A stretch of 59,917 bases of DNA, the filler included. It is 3 parts of 3 records of this genome, joined end to end, with 100 filler letters (N's around TTAATTAATTAA, not from the genome) between each part and the next. Parts side by side here need not be neighbours in the genome. Positions count along the whole stretch, not along the records: positions 30,866 to 50,768 come from SRR20825019_1823; positions 50,869 to 59,917 come from SRR20825019_1826; 1 more part is not named here. One strand, 5' to 3'. Made by a program: the position numbers and the translations under genes. Below the pieces are notes generated by a model. That model was not told where the DNA came from and did no database searches. It saw nothing but the letters and a program-made list of their open reading frames with translations. Positions 45,974 to 55,364 of this stretch are shown in pieces. Numbering within the stretch: position 1 is the stretch's first letter; every line of letters begins with the position of its first letter.

Positions 45974-46573
45974 CTAATAATTAATAATATCAATTACTTT
46001 TTGGTGAACTTCATCTTGAGCTTTACTGCCATCAATAATTTTGACTCTATTTGGATTACTATCTGCTATTTTTAAATAATGATCTCTTAATCTTGTAAAA
46101 AAATCTAAAGAATGCTTATCAATTCTATTTGATATACCTCTTTCTTTAATTCTTTCATGTGCAAGTTTTGGTTCAATATCAATAAGTATTGTATAGTCTG
46201 GCATAAAATTACCTAAAAATTTACTATGCATATCATAGATGATATTTGCACCAATCCAACATCCTTGATAACAAGCTGTTGAATCTACAAATCTATCACA
46301 TATAATCCATTCACCCTTTGCTATAGTTGGCTTAATAATCCTATATAAATGATCATTTCTTGCAGCCATTACTAAAAAAAATTCTGTAGTAGCAGTCATT
46401 TCACCGGCAAGCATTACTTCTCTTATTTTCTCAGCTATATCAGTTCCTCCTACTTCCCTTGTCCAATGTGCTTTTTGACCGTTTTTTACTATATGATTGA
46501 AAAAGAGACGACTTTGAGTAGTCTTCCCGCTCCCATCTATACCTTCAAAAGATATAAATTTTCCTTGTTTCAT
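45974..46573 (-). CDS. tmk: Thymidylate kinase
   Basis: FISFEGIDGSGKTTQ, TREVGGT and ICDRFVDSTACYQG. Confidence 0.95.
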   Translation of the reverse strand: MKQGKFISFEGIDGSGKTTQSRLFFNHIVKNGQKAHWTREVGGTDIAEKIREVMLAGEMTATTEFFLVMAARNDHLYRIIKPTIAKGEWIICDRFVDSTACYQGCWIGANIIYDMHSKFLGNFMPDYTILIDIEPKLAHERIKERGISNRIDKHSLDFFTRLRDHYLKIADSNPNRVKIIDGSKAQDEVHQKVIDIINY

Positions 46574-46647
46574 TATTTCAAATTTATTTAAAAAAAAGAA
46601 TATACACTCAAGGCTTATAAAATCAATAATCCCAAATAATATTCCAT

Positions 46648-47715
46648 TTATTCATTATCTTTTTTGAGTATTGATTCTTTTAAGTGCAGCACCTCATCAT
46701 CTTTATTTAAAATTACTGCAATTATTATAAATAAGCCTAGAAATTTTGAAACATCTACTAATTTACTTAGCCTTTCAAATAATTCTTCTTTAGAGGTCAA
46801 ATTATATTTATAATATAAATTAAATATCTCAATAGAAGGATTATTCTTAAATGCCTCATCTAAAATATTTAGCAAATTATGATTATTTTTTTTATTTGCT
46901 TCTATTTTAGTTAATAATTCAAGACATGATATATCACTTTTAACAACATTAAGTGCCTTTTCTAAACAAATAGTTGCATATTTTGTATCATCAATTGATA
47001 GAAAATGAATAGCTCCATTATAAAGAGAGCTTACATATAATTTCTTTATTTTGTGCTCATAACTACCTAGTATTTTTACTGTATCCAGTAAACCTTGCAA
47101 TAATTTATATTCTTTTAACTCATTATAAGAACCAATAAGTATTGAAAGAAGACCTCGATCACTATTATATGAATTTATTTTTTTTACATAATAAATAGCA
47201 TCTTTATATCTTAAACTATTATACATTTCATAAGCAAGTTTTTTAGCAGCAAATTCTTTATATTTAGAAATTTCAAATAATTTAATTAAATAGCCTAAAT
47301 GATCATTAATATTTTTTGTTTTTTGACTTAATATTAAAGATAAATGCTGATTTCTGTTATCTTTAAATTTATTAATTAAATCTTTGGCTATATTTAAAGA
47401 ATCATCAGATTTACCCATTAAAGCAAGCGAATATGAATCAAGAAGTTTTAAGTTATTATCTTTTTCTAAAGTTTCATAATATCTTTTATCTATATAATTA
47501 GGTATTCTAAACAAGCTATCTAATATTCTATATAAAAATATGATAAGCATTACAAAAATAAGTTCTAAAAATATCAAAAATACAAAACTTACTGATATTT
47601 CATATGATAAAATATTTATATTAACTATAGAATCATTATAACTTACAAACATTATCATAAATAATAATAAAGCTAAAAATATTATTCTTTTTGTAATATT
47701 AAGAATTGCACTCAT
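46648..47715 (-). CDS. HemY-like (HemY_N plus TPR) membrane protein
   Basis: Two N-terminal TMs flanking VNINILSYEISVS, followed by helical TPR-like repeats. Sits two genes downstream of hemD. Confidence 0.65.
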   Translation of the reverse strand: MSAILNITKRIIFLALLLFMIMFVSYNDSIVNINILSYEISVSFVFLIFLELIFVMLIIFLYRILDSLFRIPNYIDKRYYETLEKDNNLKLLDSYSLALMGKSDDSLNIAKDLINKFKDNRNQHLSLILSQKTKNINDHLGYLIKLFEISKYKEFAAKKLAYEMYNSLRYKDAIYYVKKINSYNSDRGLLSILIGSYNELKEYKLLQGLLDTVKILGSYEHKIKKLYVSSLYNGAIHFLSIDDTKYATICLEKALNVVKSDISCLELLTKIEANKKNNHNLLNILDEAFKNNPSIEIFNLYYKYNLTSKEELFERLSKLVDVSKFLGLFIIIAVILNKDDEVLHLKESILKKDNE

Positions 47716-47720
47716 ATTAA

Positions 47721-48602
47721 TTATTTACCTTTATTAGTCATATTAAATATTATATGAAGAAGTTTTTTCTTAAGCTTATAAATTTTTTCTAAATCTCTTT
47801 TATAATTTTTAGAAACCTTATGAATATTTATAAATTTTGAAAAAAATCTATTTATATATGTTGATTGATTACCAGGAAAAATACTAAATTTTTCATCTTT
47901 TTTTATATTTATATCTAGAATTTCTTTTAATATAATTACTAGTTGATTTATATCATTATTGTTAGTTTCACCAAGAAGAATCATAATTTCTTCAATTTCA
48001 TTTTTTTTATCAATATAAAAATTATCACCCTCTAGTAAAACAACCAATTGTGATAACCTTAAAAATATATTACTAATTGAATTTGAAATAGAGAGCTCCT
48101 TTTTAAGAATAGATATTTCATTTTCTAATTCTTTTATATTATTTATATAATTATTTTCTCTTTCTATATTTTCAGATTCAGAATCTTCATCTTTATTAAT
48201 AGTATTTGCAATATTATTAGCTAACTTTTTAGATGAATTTACAAATCTACTTTTAGCATAAAAAGTATCTTTATCTTTGTTAGTAGTAATTTTATCATTA
48301 ACATCTTCACTAGAGAAATTTCGAAAATTATTTTCTAAATATTTACTTTTTTTACTTATATCATCATTACTTTTATTAGTTGTTTCATTATTTTTAGAAG
48401 TTAAACTAAAAATATTATTTTGATCTCTTTTAAAATCTCGAACATCAATAGTATCTATATGTAACATATTTTTATAAATATCCGATAAATTAAAATCCTT
48501 TAAAAGTATAGCTAGCGAAAAAATAACTACTGCTAATCCTATCCATTTATATCCCTGTATTGAGTTATAATAATTTAAAAATTTATTTTCTTTCTTTATC
48601 AT
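47721..48602 (-). CDS. Hypothetical membrane-anchored coiled-coil protein; candidate alphaMic60/mitofilin (COG4223-like)
   Basis: N-terminal TM WIGLAVVIFSLAILL, coiled coil NIKELENEISILKKEL, and position between hemD and the hemY-like gene. Confidence 0.5.
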   Translation of the reverse strand: MIKKENKFLNYYNSIQGYKWIGLAVVIFSLAILLKDFNLSDIYKNMLHIDTIDVRDFKRDQNNIFSLTSKNNETTNKSNDDISKKSKYLENNFRNFSSEDVNDKITTNKDKDTFYAKSRFVNSSKKLANNIANTINKDEDSESENIERENNYINNIKELENEISILKKELSISNSISNIFLRLSQLVVLLEGDNFYIDKKNEIEEIMILLGETNNNDINQLVIILKEILDINIKKDEKFSIFPGNQSTYINRFFSKFINIHKVSKNYKRDLEKIYKLKKKLLHIIFNMTNKGK

Positions 48603-49275
48603 AATTTAATAAATAATTAAGCATTTCACTAGACCTTGGTAAAGAAGGACTAAATATATTATCAGAATAACCATTAAATAAAGAAGCAACTTCCTTACTA
48701 ATTGCGACAATATTAATTTTGTTTAGTTTACAAGTTATTGAAAATTTTTCAAACATTTTAATTAATGCCTCAGCTGAATTTTTAGAATATATCAATAAAA
48801 AATTCACTTTAGTTAAAGATATCTTTTCAATAACTTCTTTAGATATATTTTTTAAATACAAGGATTTATAAATTTCTACTCTTTTAATATTCTCCATTTT
48901 ATAACTAATATTATTTCCAGATAAATATAAAAAATCATTTTTATTATAATCTAAACTTGATTCATATAAATTTTTTGCATTTTTAAATATACAAATTTTC
49001 TTGTTATATACTTCATTAATAATAGATGCTGATTCCTCCCCAACTACCCAAAACTCATTACAAGATAAATTGAAACTCTTTTCTCTTATATATTTTGAAG
49101 CAAATTTGCTAGTTACAATTATTATATTAGATTTAAACTCGCCCTTTATTTTTAATTTCTGAAATTTAATTAAAGGTAGCTTTATGACTTTAAATTTGCT
49201 TTTAGGCAATGAATTTTCAATAAATAGATTTTCTTCAAAAGACCTAGTTACAAGAACATTAATCTTTTCTTGCAT
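48583..49275 (-). CDS. hemD: Uroporphyrinogen-III synthase
   Basis: VLVTRS, LPLIKF, IIVTSKFA, WVVGEESA, LYLSG, VEIYK and IYSKNSA. Confidence 0.8.
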   Translation of the reverse strand: MQEKINVLVTRSFEENLFIENSLPKSKFKVIKLPLIKFQKLKIKGEFKSNIIIVTSKFASKYIREKSFNLSCNEFWVVGEESASIINEVYNKKICIFKNAKNLYESSLDYNKNDFLYLSGNNISYKMENIKRVEIYKSLYLKNISKEVIEKISLTKVNFLLIYSKNSAEALIKMFEKFSITCKLNKINIVAISKEVASLFNGYSDNIFSPSLPRSSEMLNYLLNYDKERK

Positions 49276-50599
49276 AAGGGTTATTTGATTTGGTAAAAAT
49301 AAGTTCTACAGGAACAGAATTTAATTTAAAATATTTACTTAATGAATTAGCCAAATATTTTTTATATGAATCATCAATTTCTTCAGCATAATTAGTAAAA
49401 AATTTTATTTTTATTGGAGATTTAGATATTTGTATAGAATATTTTAAACGTATTTTTTTTCCTAAGCTTGTTAGAGGTATTTTATGAGAGTTAGTAGCAA
49501 TTTGAAGCCATTTATTTAATGAGCTTGTAGAAATTGTTTTTTGACCTATTTGATAGGTGGATATAATTTCATCATAAAATTTATCTTTATTAAAACCGCT
49601 ACTTGCAGAAATGAAAATAATTTTTACATTATTTATCTCATTAATACTGCTATTTATAAAATATCTAATATTTTTTTTATAACTTTCCTTATCTTTTAAT
49701 AGGTCTATTTTATTAAATACTATTATTAAAGGCTTTTTATATTTTATTATAAGAGAAGCAATTTTTAAATCTTGCTTTGTTACTTTTTTAGTAGAATCAA
49801 TCACTAAAATAACAATATCAGACATATAGATAGTATCTACAGAAGAAGTAACTGAGTATTTTTCCACTTCATCTTTTATCTGGCTTTTTCTTCTGATTCC
49901 TGCAGTATCAACTATTTTAATTTTGTGAAGTTTATATTCTGTAGATTTTTCAATACTATCTCTTGTAGTCCCTGAAACTTCACTAACTTTTACTAAATCT
50001 TTTCCTATTAAATAATTTAAAATACTAGATTTTCCAGCATTAGGAGCTCCTACTAATGAAAATCTTATATCTTCTTTCTCTTTAATATAATCTTTATTTT
50101 CATCACTAATATTTTCTTTAAGTAAAACATCACATAAATTCATCATTCCATCTCCATGTTTTGCGGAGATAAATATAGGGTCTTTTATACCTAATTTATA
50201 ATAACTATTATAATCTAGCTTATTTTTCTTTGTTTCAGATTTATTAACTATTAAGTAAATTTTACTAAATTTTTGCCTTATAATTTTTAGTAACTCAATA
50301 TCATAATTAGTAATGGGTAGACTACCGTCAACTACAAATAAAACTAAAACTTCTTTTTCTAAAAATGGATATTCTTCTTTTATGACACTGCTTATAGATA
50401 TTTTTTTCTGACTAATTTCAATTCCTGGTGAATCTATAATAGTAAAATTTAATGGCCCAAGTTTTGCAAGTGACTCAAAATAATCTCTAGTAACTCCAGG
50501 TTTATCGTATGTTATTGCTTTTTTTCTGGTACTTAACCTGTTAAATAATGTAGATTTACCCACATTAGGTTTTCCAGCAATTAAAATTTTCAACGTCAT
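49259..50599 (-). CDS. der: Ribosome biogenesis GTPase Der (EngA)
   Basis: Two G domains (GKPNVGKSTLFNRL..PGVTRD and GAPNAGKSS..GTTRD..DTAGIRR) with a KH-like tail ending NPY. Confidence 0.95.
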   Translation of the reverse strand: MTLKILIAGKPNVGKSTLFNRLSTRKKAITYDKPGVTRDYFESLAKLGPLNFTIIDSPGIEISQKKISISSVIKEEYPFLEKEVLVLFVVDGSLPITNYDIELLKIIRQKFSKIYLIVNKSETKKNKLDYNSYYKLGIKDPIFISAKHGDGMMNLCDVLLKENISDENKDYIKEKEDIRFSLVGAPNAGKSSILNYLIGKDLVKVSEVSGTTRDSIEKSTEYKLHKIKIVDTAGIRRKSQIKDEVEKYSVTSSVDTIYMSDIVILVIDSTKKVTKQDLKIASLIIKYKKPLIIVFNKIDLLKDKESYKKNIRYFINSSINEINNVKIIFISASSGFNKDKFYDEIISTYQIGQKTISTSSLNKWLQIATNSHKIPLTSLGKKIRLKYSIQISKSPIKIKFFTNYAEEIDDSYKKYLANSLSKYFKLNSVPVELIFTKSNNPYARKD

Positions 50600-50732
50600 A
50601 ATAATTTTATTATAAATTAATATATTGATACATACTAATAAACTATACTTAATATAATACAAATATCATCTATAAAATAGTTTATATATAGATATTTGAA
50701 AGATATAACAAAATAATCTATAACATGTTCAT

Positions 50733-50768
50733 GGAGAGGTGGCCGAGCGGTTTAAGGCGCACGCCTGG
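50733..50768 (+). tRNA. tRNA-Ser (probably GGA), 5' half truncated by the contig end
   Basis: GGAGAGG-TG-GCCGAGCGGTTTAAGGC-G-CACGC-CT-GG is a typical bacterial Ser 5' half; the anticodon starts GG. Confidence 0.8.
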
Positions 50769-50868
50769 NNNNNNNNNNNNNNNNNNNNNNNNNNNNNNNN
50801 NNNNNNNNNNNNTTAATTAATTAANNNNNNNNNNNNNNNNNNNNNNNNNNNNNNNNNNNNNNNNNNNN
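50769..50868. other. Artificial contig-joining spacer
   Basis: Identical N44-TTAATTAATTAA-N44. Confidence 0.97.
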
Positions 50869-51011
50869 GCAGGGACCGAAGAAGGCGGGGCTGACTGGGT
50901 CGAGGGGTCCCGGTGGCCTAAGCGCGGGCCGCACCCGAACACGAACGGAGGTGCCACTGCACCCGGCATACTATAGAATATAGACAGAGGTTGTAGTACC
51001 GTCTCCTTTAC

Positions 51012-54000
51012 TCAAAAGTTCTTTTGCATATCGGTGAGTTTCTTGGCTATGTACCCCATCGAAGGCCTGTCATGCGGGCGCGTCTGGAAGCACTTTTGAA
51101 TCAGCTCCAGATAGCCAGGCACCGGGCAGTGCTTTGGCAATGGCGGGCGCAAGCCCTCCAGCGCAACCTTGCGGGCTGCAACCAAAGGGTGAAGGTCGTT
51201 GAACGGCTGTTGCAATGTCGCCATTTCCCACAAAATTACACCCAAGCTGTACACGTCAGCCTCCTGGCCATATCGCTCACCACGAAGAACCTCTGGAGCC
51301 ATGTAGCAGGGAGTTCCGCACCGTGTCATTGTCTGGCAGCTATCCTTGATGCGTGCAAGGCCAAAGTCTGCGACCTTACACACCATGGTGCCGTTCATTT
51401 TCCTCTTAACCAACAGGTTCTCCGGTTTCAAGTCACGATGTAGATACGGGGGGTCAAACGAATGCATGTGTGCAATGGCAGAGGCAGCGTCCACCATGAG
51501 GGCAAGCCTCTGTCTCCAGGGCATTGCCGCACTTTCACCCTGCTTCTCGATCTGGTCTAGATTCTCCTCAATCACGTCGGCAATGCTTCCCTTCTCGCAG
51601 AACTCAGTAATTACCATAAGGTCAGGAGGAGTTGTGCATGCCCCCTTGAACGCAATGATGCTATTGTGTGCGAGCTTCTGCATGACCTCCACTTCCTGCT
51701 TGAAGTACTCTAGCTCTTCTTCTTTGCCCGGACCGCTCATCTTCTTTTGCCATATCCTCTTAATGGCAACACGCTCGCCTCTGTACAGTCCATCAAACAC
51801 CTCCCCAAAGCTGCCCACCCCGATGCGAGCCTGCAATGTCACCTCATCCATCTTGACGTTGAGCCTGCTGCGGGCTTCGGGAGTTCCTGTTGACTCACCC
51901 TCAGCGGACGTATCTGATTTCTTTTGGTCGGTCATGCTTCCACGAAGAGTGCCAATCAAGGTCTGTGGTAAGTCCTCTGGCCCAAAGACCTTCAACACAA
52001 CTGGCAGATCACGCTGGATTGCACTGGTATCAGTGGCCTCTGAACGCTTCTTCCGCTCGACAATATCCAGCTCCTCGTCCTCATCAATCCCGGGAATGGC
52101 GCTTTTCCCCGCCAATACACGAGTAAGGCGAGTATGCTCCTCCGGAAGGAGGTTGCTCTGGGCCACGGAATCCAACATGGACATGAAGTCTCTGTTAGCG
52201 TTAAGGACAGCGCGTGGGTCCTCAGACTTGGCCAAAGCTGTGTAGAAGAGAATCGAGGCCAGGACAATGTCCAAATCCTCAAAATGCTTGATGCAAGTCA
52301 GGTTCACCGCCTCATGGGCCTTGGCAGTAACAATATCTGCATGAGAATCCGGATTAATAGCCAGCGAGTGAAGTGCCGAGCAGGCGAATCGCTTCGTCTC
52401 AATTGTGTCGGCGGGCCCCAACTCTGCTGCCTCCTCTTCAACACCCTCCAAGAAGCCACTCGGCTCTACGGGCACCTTTCCATTGAGCATGTCCACAAGG
52501 AGCTCCACAACCCGATTCTCCAGAAGGATCTCAGTCAATGGCTCGAATCTCGCCATAGAAGCAGCGATGGACAATATATTCCTAAGGTAGTCAGGCTCGG
52601 TCTTGGCCATGGCCATAATCACCTTGATGGTCGGCTTCTCAGCAATGCGGTCGATGATGGCCGAGTCCGACCCCGAGACGGTAAGCATGGCAATAATCTG
52701 CAGTGCCAGACACCTTTCTTGTCTATTCTGAGCTTCAAGCGACGTCACAAGTAAATCTATGGCACTGAGAGCATGCTTTCTGTTCGATAGCTTCACGGGT
52801 TCCATTGTGCACATCAGGTCGCGAGTGGGGGGATAGGACGCCAGAGCCAGCGCCGCCTTCATGCCCAATATCTTTAACGGCTGGGCGTTCGCAGGGTTGG
52901 CGATTGTCTCAAAGAGATACGTCAAGAAATTCTCCTTGTTCAGGGCGAGCAGCATGAGATCCGGTTGCTTTCGGGCCCGTACCACTATATTCATCAGCGA
53001 GTGAATAGCCTCCTGGTTGAGCCGAACATCACTCTGCCTATTCATCATCTCTATAAGACAGTCCAGCACGCCCTCGGTGCATAGGCTGGTGATGCACGAA
53101 GCATGGCTACCCAAGTTGCCAAACGCAATCGCCGCATTCAACCTCACTCCAGAATTCTGATGCTCTGCAAGCCTCAGGAGAATACCGAACTCCTTCCCCT
53201 TGACAATCTTTCTCGCGGCATCGTCTTCCACTGCCAGATTTACAATAAAGCTAACTACTGACATCACCACGGTAACCTCCTCATGGAAAGCAAAAGCCGA
53301 CACGGCCTCCAAGCAACCCAGGTCTGCAAGTTTACGCCGCACTGGCAGCGAACCCGTGCTGAGAATCTCAAGGACACCCACGATAACACGCTTGATGTCG
53401 TCAAACTGAACGTTTTCCAAGCACATCAGAAGGGTGTTCATATTGTCCTCAGTAACGAGTACATCATGTGCCTCGGGACACACTGCAATATTGGTCAACG
53501 CGTGCGTAACCCTCTGAAGAATGGCATGATCCTTCAGTCTAACGCTGATTACACGGCTCAGTCCAGAGATGGCGTTAGACTGGGCAACCATTCTGCGATT
53601 ATTGGGGTCTACTGCAGCAAGATTGCTCAGAATCAAAGAGATCTGGCCCAGTACACGATCCGAACGAGACTTCGACAAAAGGGTCACCAGAGGGTCTACC
53701 AGTCCCGCATCAACGATTGAGGCGTGACGCTCAGGTCCCTCCGACACAAGGGCGACGGTCGTAACCGCGTGTGCCCTACAAAGTGGGTTACTCCACAGCA
53801 CAAGTCAGTGAAGCATGCGGAACATACCTTGACTCAGTGCCTGGCATCTCGAGAAGGGTCTTAATGCAGCTGAGAGCGTTAGTCTCCTTCAGCAAGGACC
53901 AGTTGGAGTCCTGCTTGAACGACACGAATAAACATGCTGCAAGGTATTGTACCGTCTCCTCATCCTTTGAGTTGGCTGCAAGCGAGTCAGTCCAACTCCA

Positions 54001-54271
54001 CAATCTGTGCAAATTACACCCACCTAAGTTGTATAGAAAGCTCAGCTCCCTGTCAAAGACGTATAGTTCAGGCAGCGCCGCGCCCTTATGTTTGCTCAGG
54101 TATTTGTACAAGTTTAAGGCGCCCTTTCTCCTTGCTTCCACCGGATGTCTGCAAGCCACTGCTCAGTCGCTAATTCTTCAACCAACCCCACCCCTTCACA
54201 TACTTGTCCAACACCGCATCAATGATAAGCTCGGTTTGGGTGCGCCCGTCGACTAGTGCATGCTCCACCAT
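51012..54271 (-). CDS. Armadillo-repeat protein with a C-terminal TKL (Raf/MLK-like) kinase; 2 introns
   Basis: Introns 54203-54149 and 53827-53776 join the exons in frame. ARM repeats (GLVDPLVTLL, NAAIAFGNL) precede kinase motifs GVGSFG, VAIK, HRDLKPEN, DFG and GTPCYMAPE. Confidence 0.88.
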
Positions 54272-55364
54272 CACGGAGCAGTGAGTTGAGCCCAGTCAGC
54301 AAGAGTGCAGCCTTGGATTTCAAGGCAAGTGAGGAACTTCATATTCTTCAACTTGAAGTATGTTTCGTGTGGTCCTCGGTCCATGGCCCTTAAGTCGCGG
54401 AGGGCGCAAACGCACTCGGACAAAGGCAGTTGGTGTGGATCCGTCCCGCATGATGGTTAGCTCGCGTCCTTGGTGGTGGGTCACCACACTAGCTCGGCGT
54501 GTTGCCGGGTCAGGCCATCTTAGCGAAACAACAACAACCATTGTGGACGGCCGGCCGTCCAAGCTCGGCTTGACAGCCAGTTAGAGAAGCCAAAGCTCAG
54601 GCTGTCATGTGGTGGGAGGTAGTGGTTACCGGTGGCCTATGTCATCAGTCCTCCGCTAAACCACCGGCACTCGGGGGTGCGGCCGGCCGCCGCCCGGACC
54701 GAGAGCCTGTCGTGCGTTGCTGGTGATGGTTCCTTCAACTGATGAAACACCGGCCGCGGCGTCTGACGACGTGCCGGCGATGGCACATGGGGTTGATGCG
54801 TGCAAGGGTGACCTTGTGCCACACGGCCTGCCCGTGCGGTGGTGGCGGCCTTGGCGGGCGGCGCCCAAATCGGCCAACGGCCACTGGTCGGCCAGCCCGC
54901 GGTCAGCATCCGTTATACAATGTCCGTCATCTTGAAGGAGAAGAGGAAATTGAAATCCACCTGGTGTGGCCCACCCTCGATTATTTGTTTCGAGGTGGAT
55001 CGGAAAACGACACTTCAATCAGTGGGGAGGCGGGGATGATGCGAACACAGTGACACTCCACTTCACACACAAACGAAGGTTCTGTACAACTGAATATGTT
55101 AAGTTAAATTTATTACTTAGCCCAAGCCACAGCTGGGAGGCAGCCCACCCATGTAGGGGGGTCAGGGGAGGCTCCCTCCACCCATGTGAAAAGGGTACAT
55201 GACCGAAGTCCTTCACTGTAGTGAACAAACAGAATTGAGTAACCCAATAAGCCCAAGGAAGACAGCGACCAGCCAGAAAACAACATTAGAGTGAAAACAG
55301 TTATTTCCTGGTGGGGTCCCAGCCGCTCTCTCCCACCCGAAAGTTTTTCAATTCCGATAAATGA

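Noticed and set aside
30766..50868. Bacterial segment as a lateral insertion flanked by TTAA target-site duplications or PacI sites
   Set aside because: Both flanks are the same synthetic 100-bp N/TTAATTAATTAA linker, so the adjacency is artificial.
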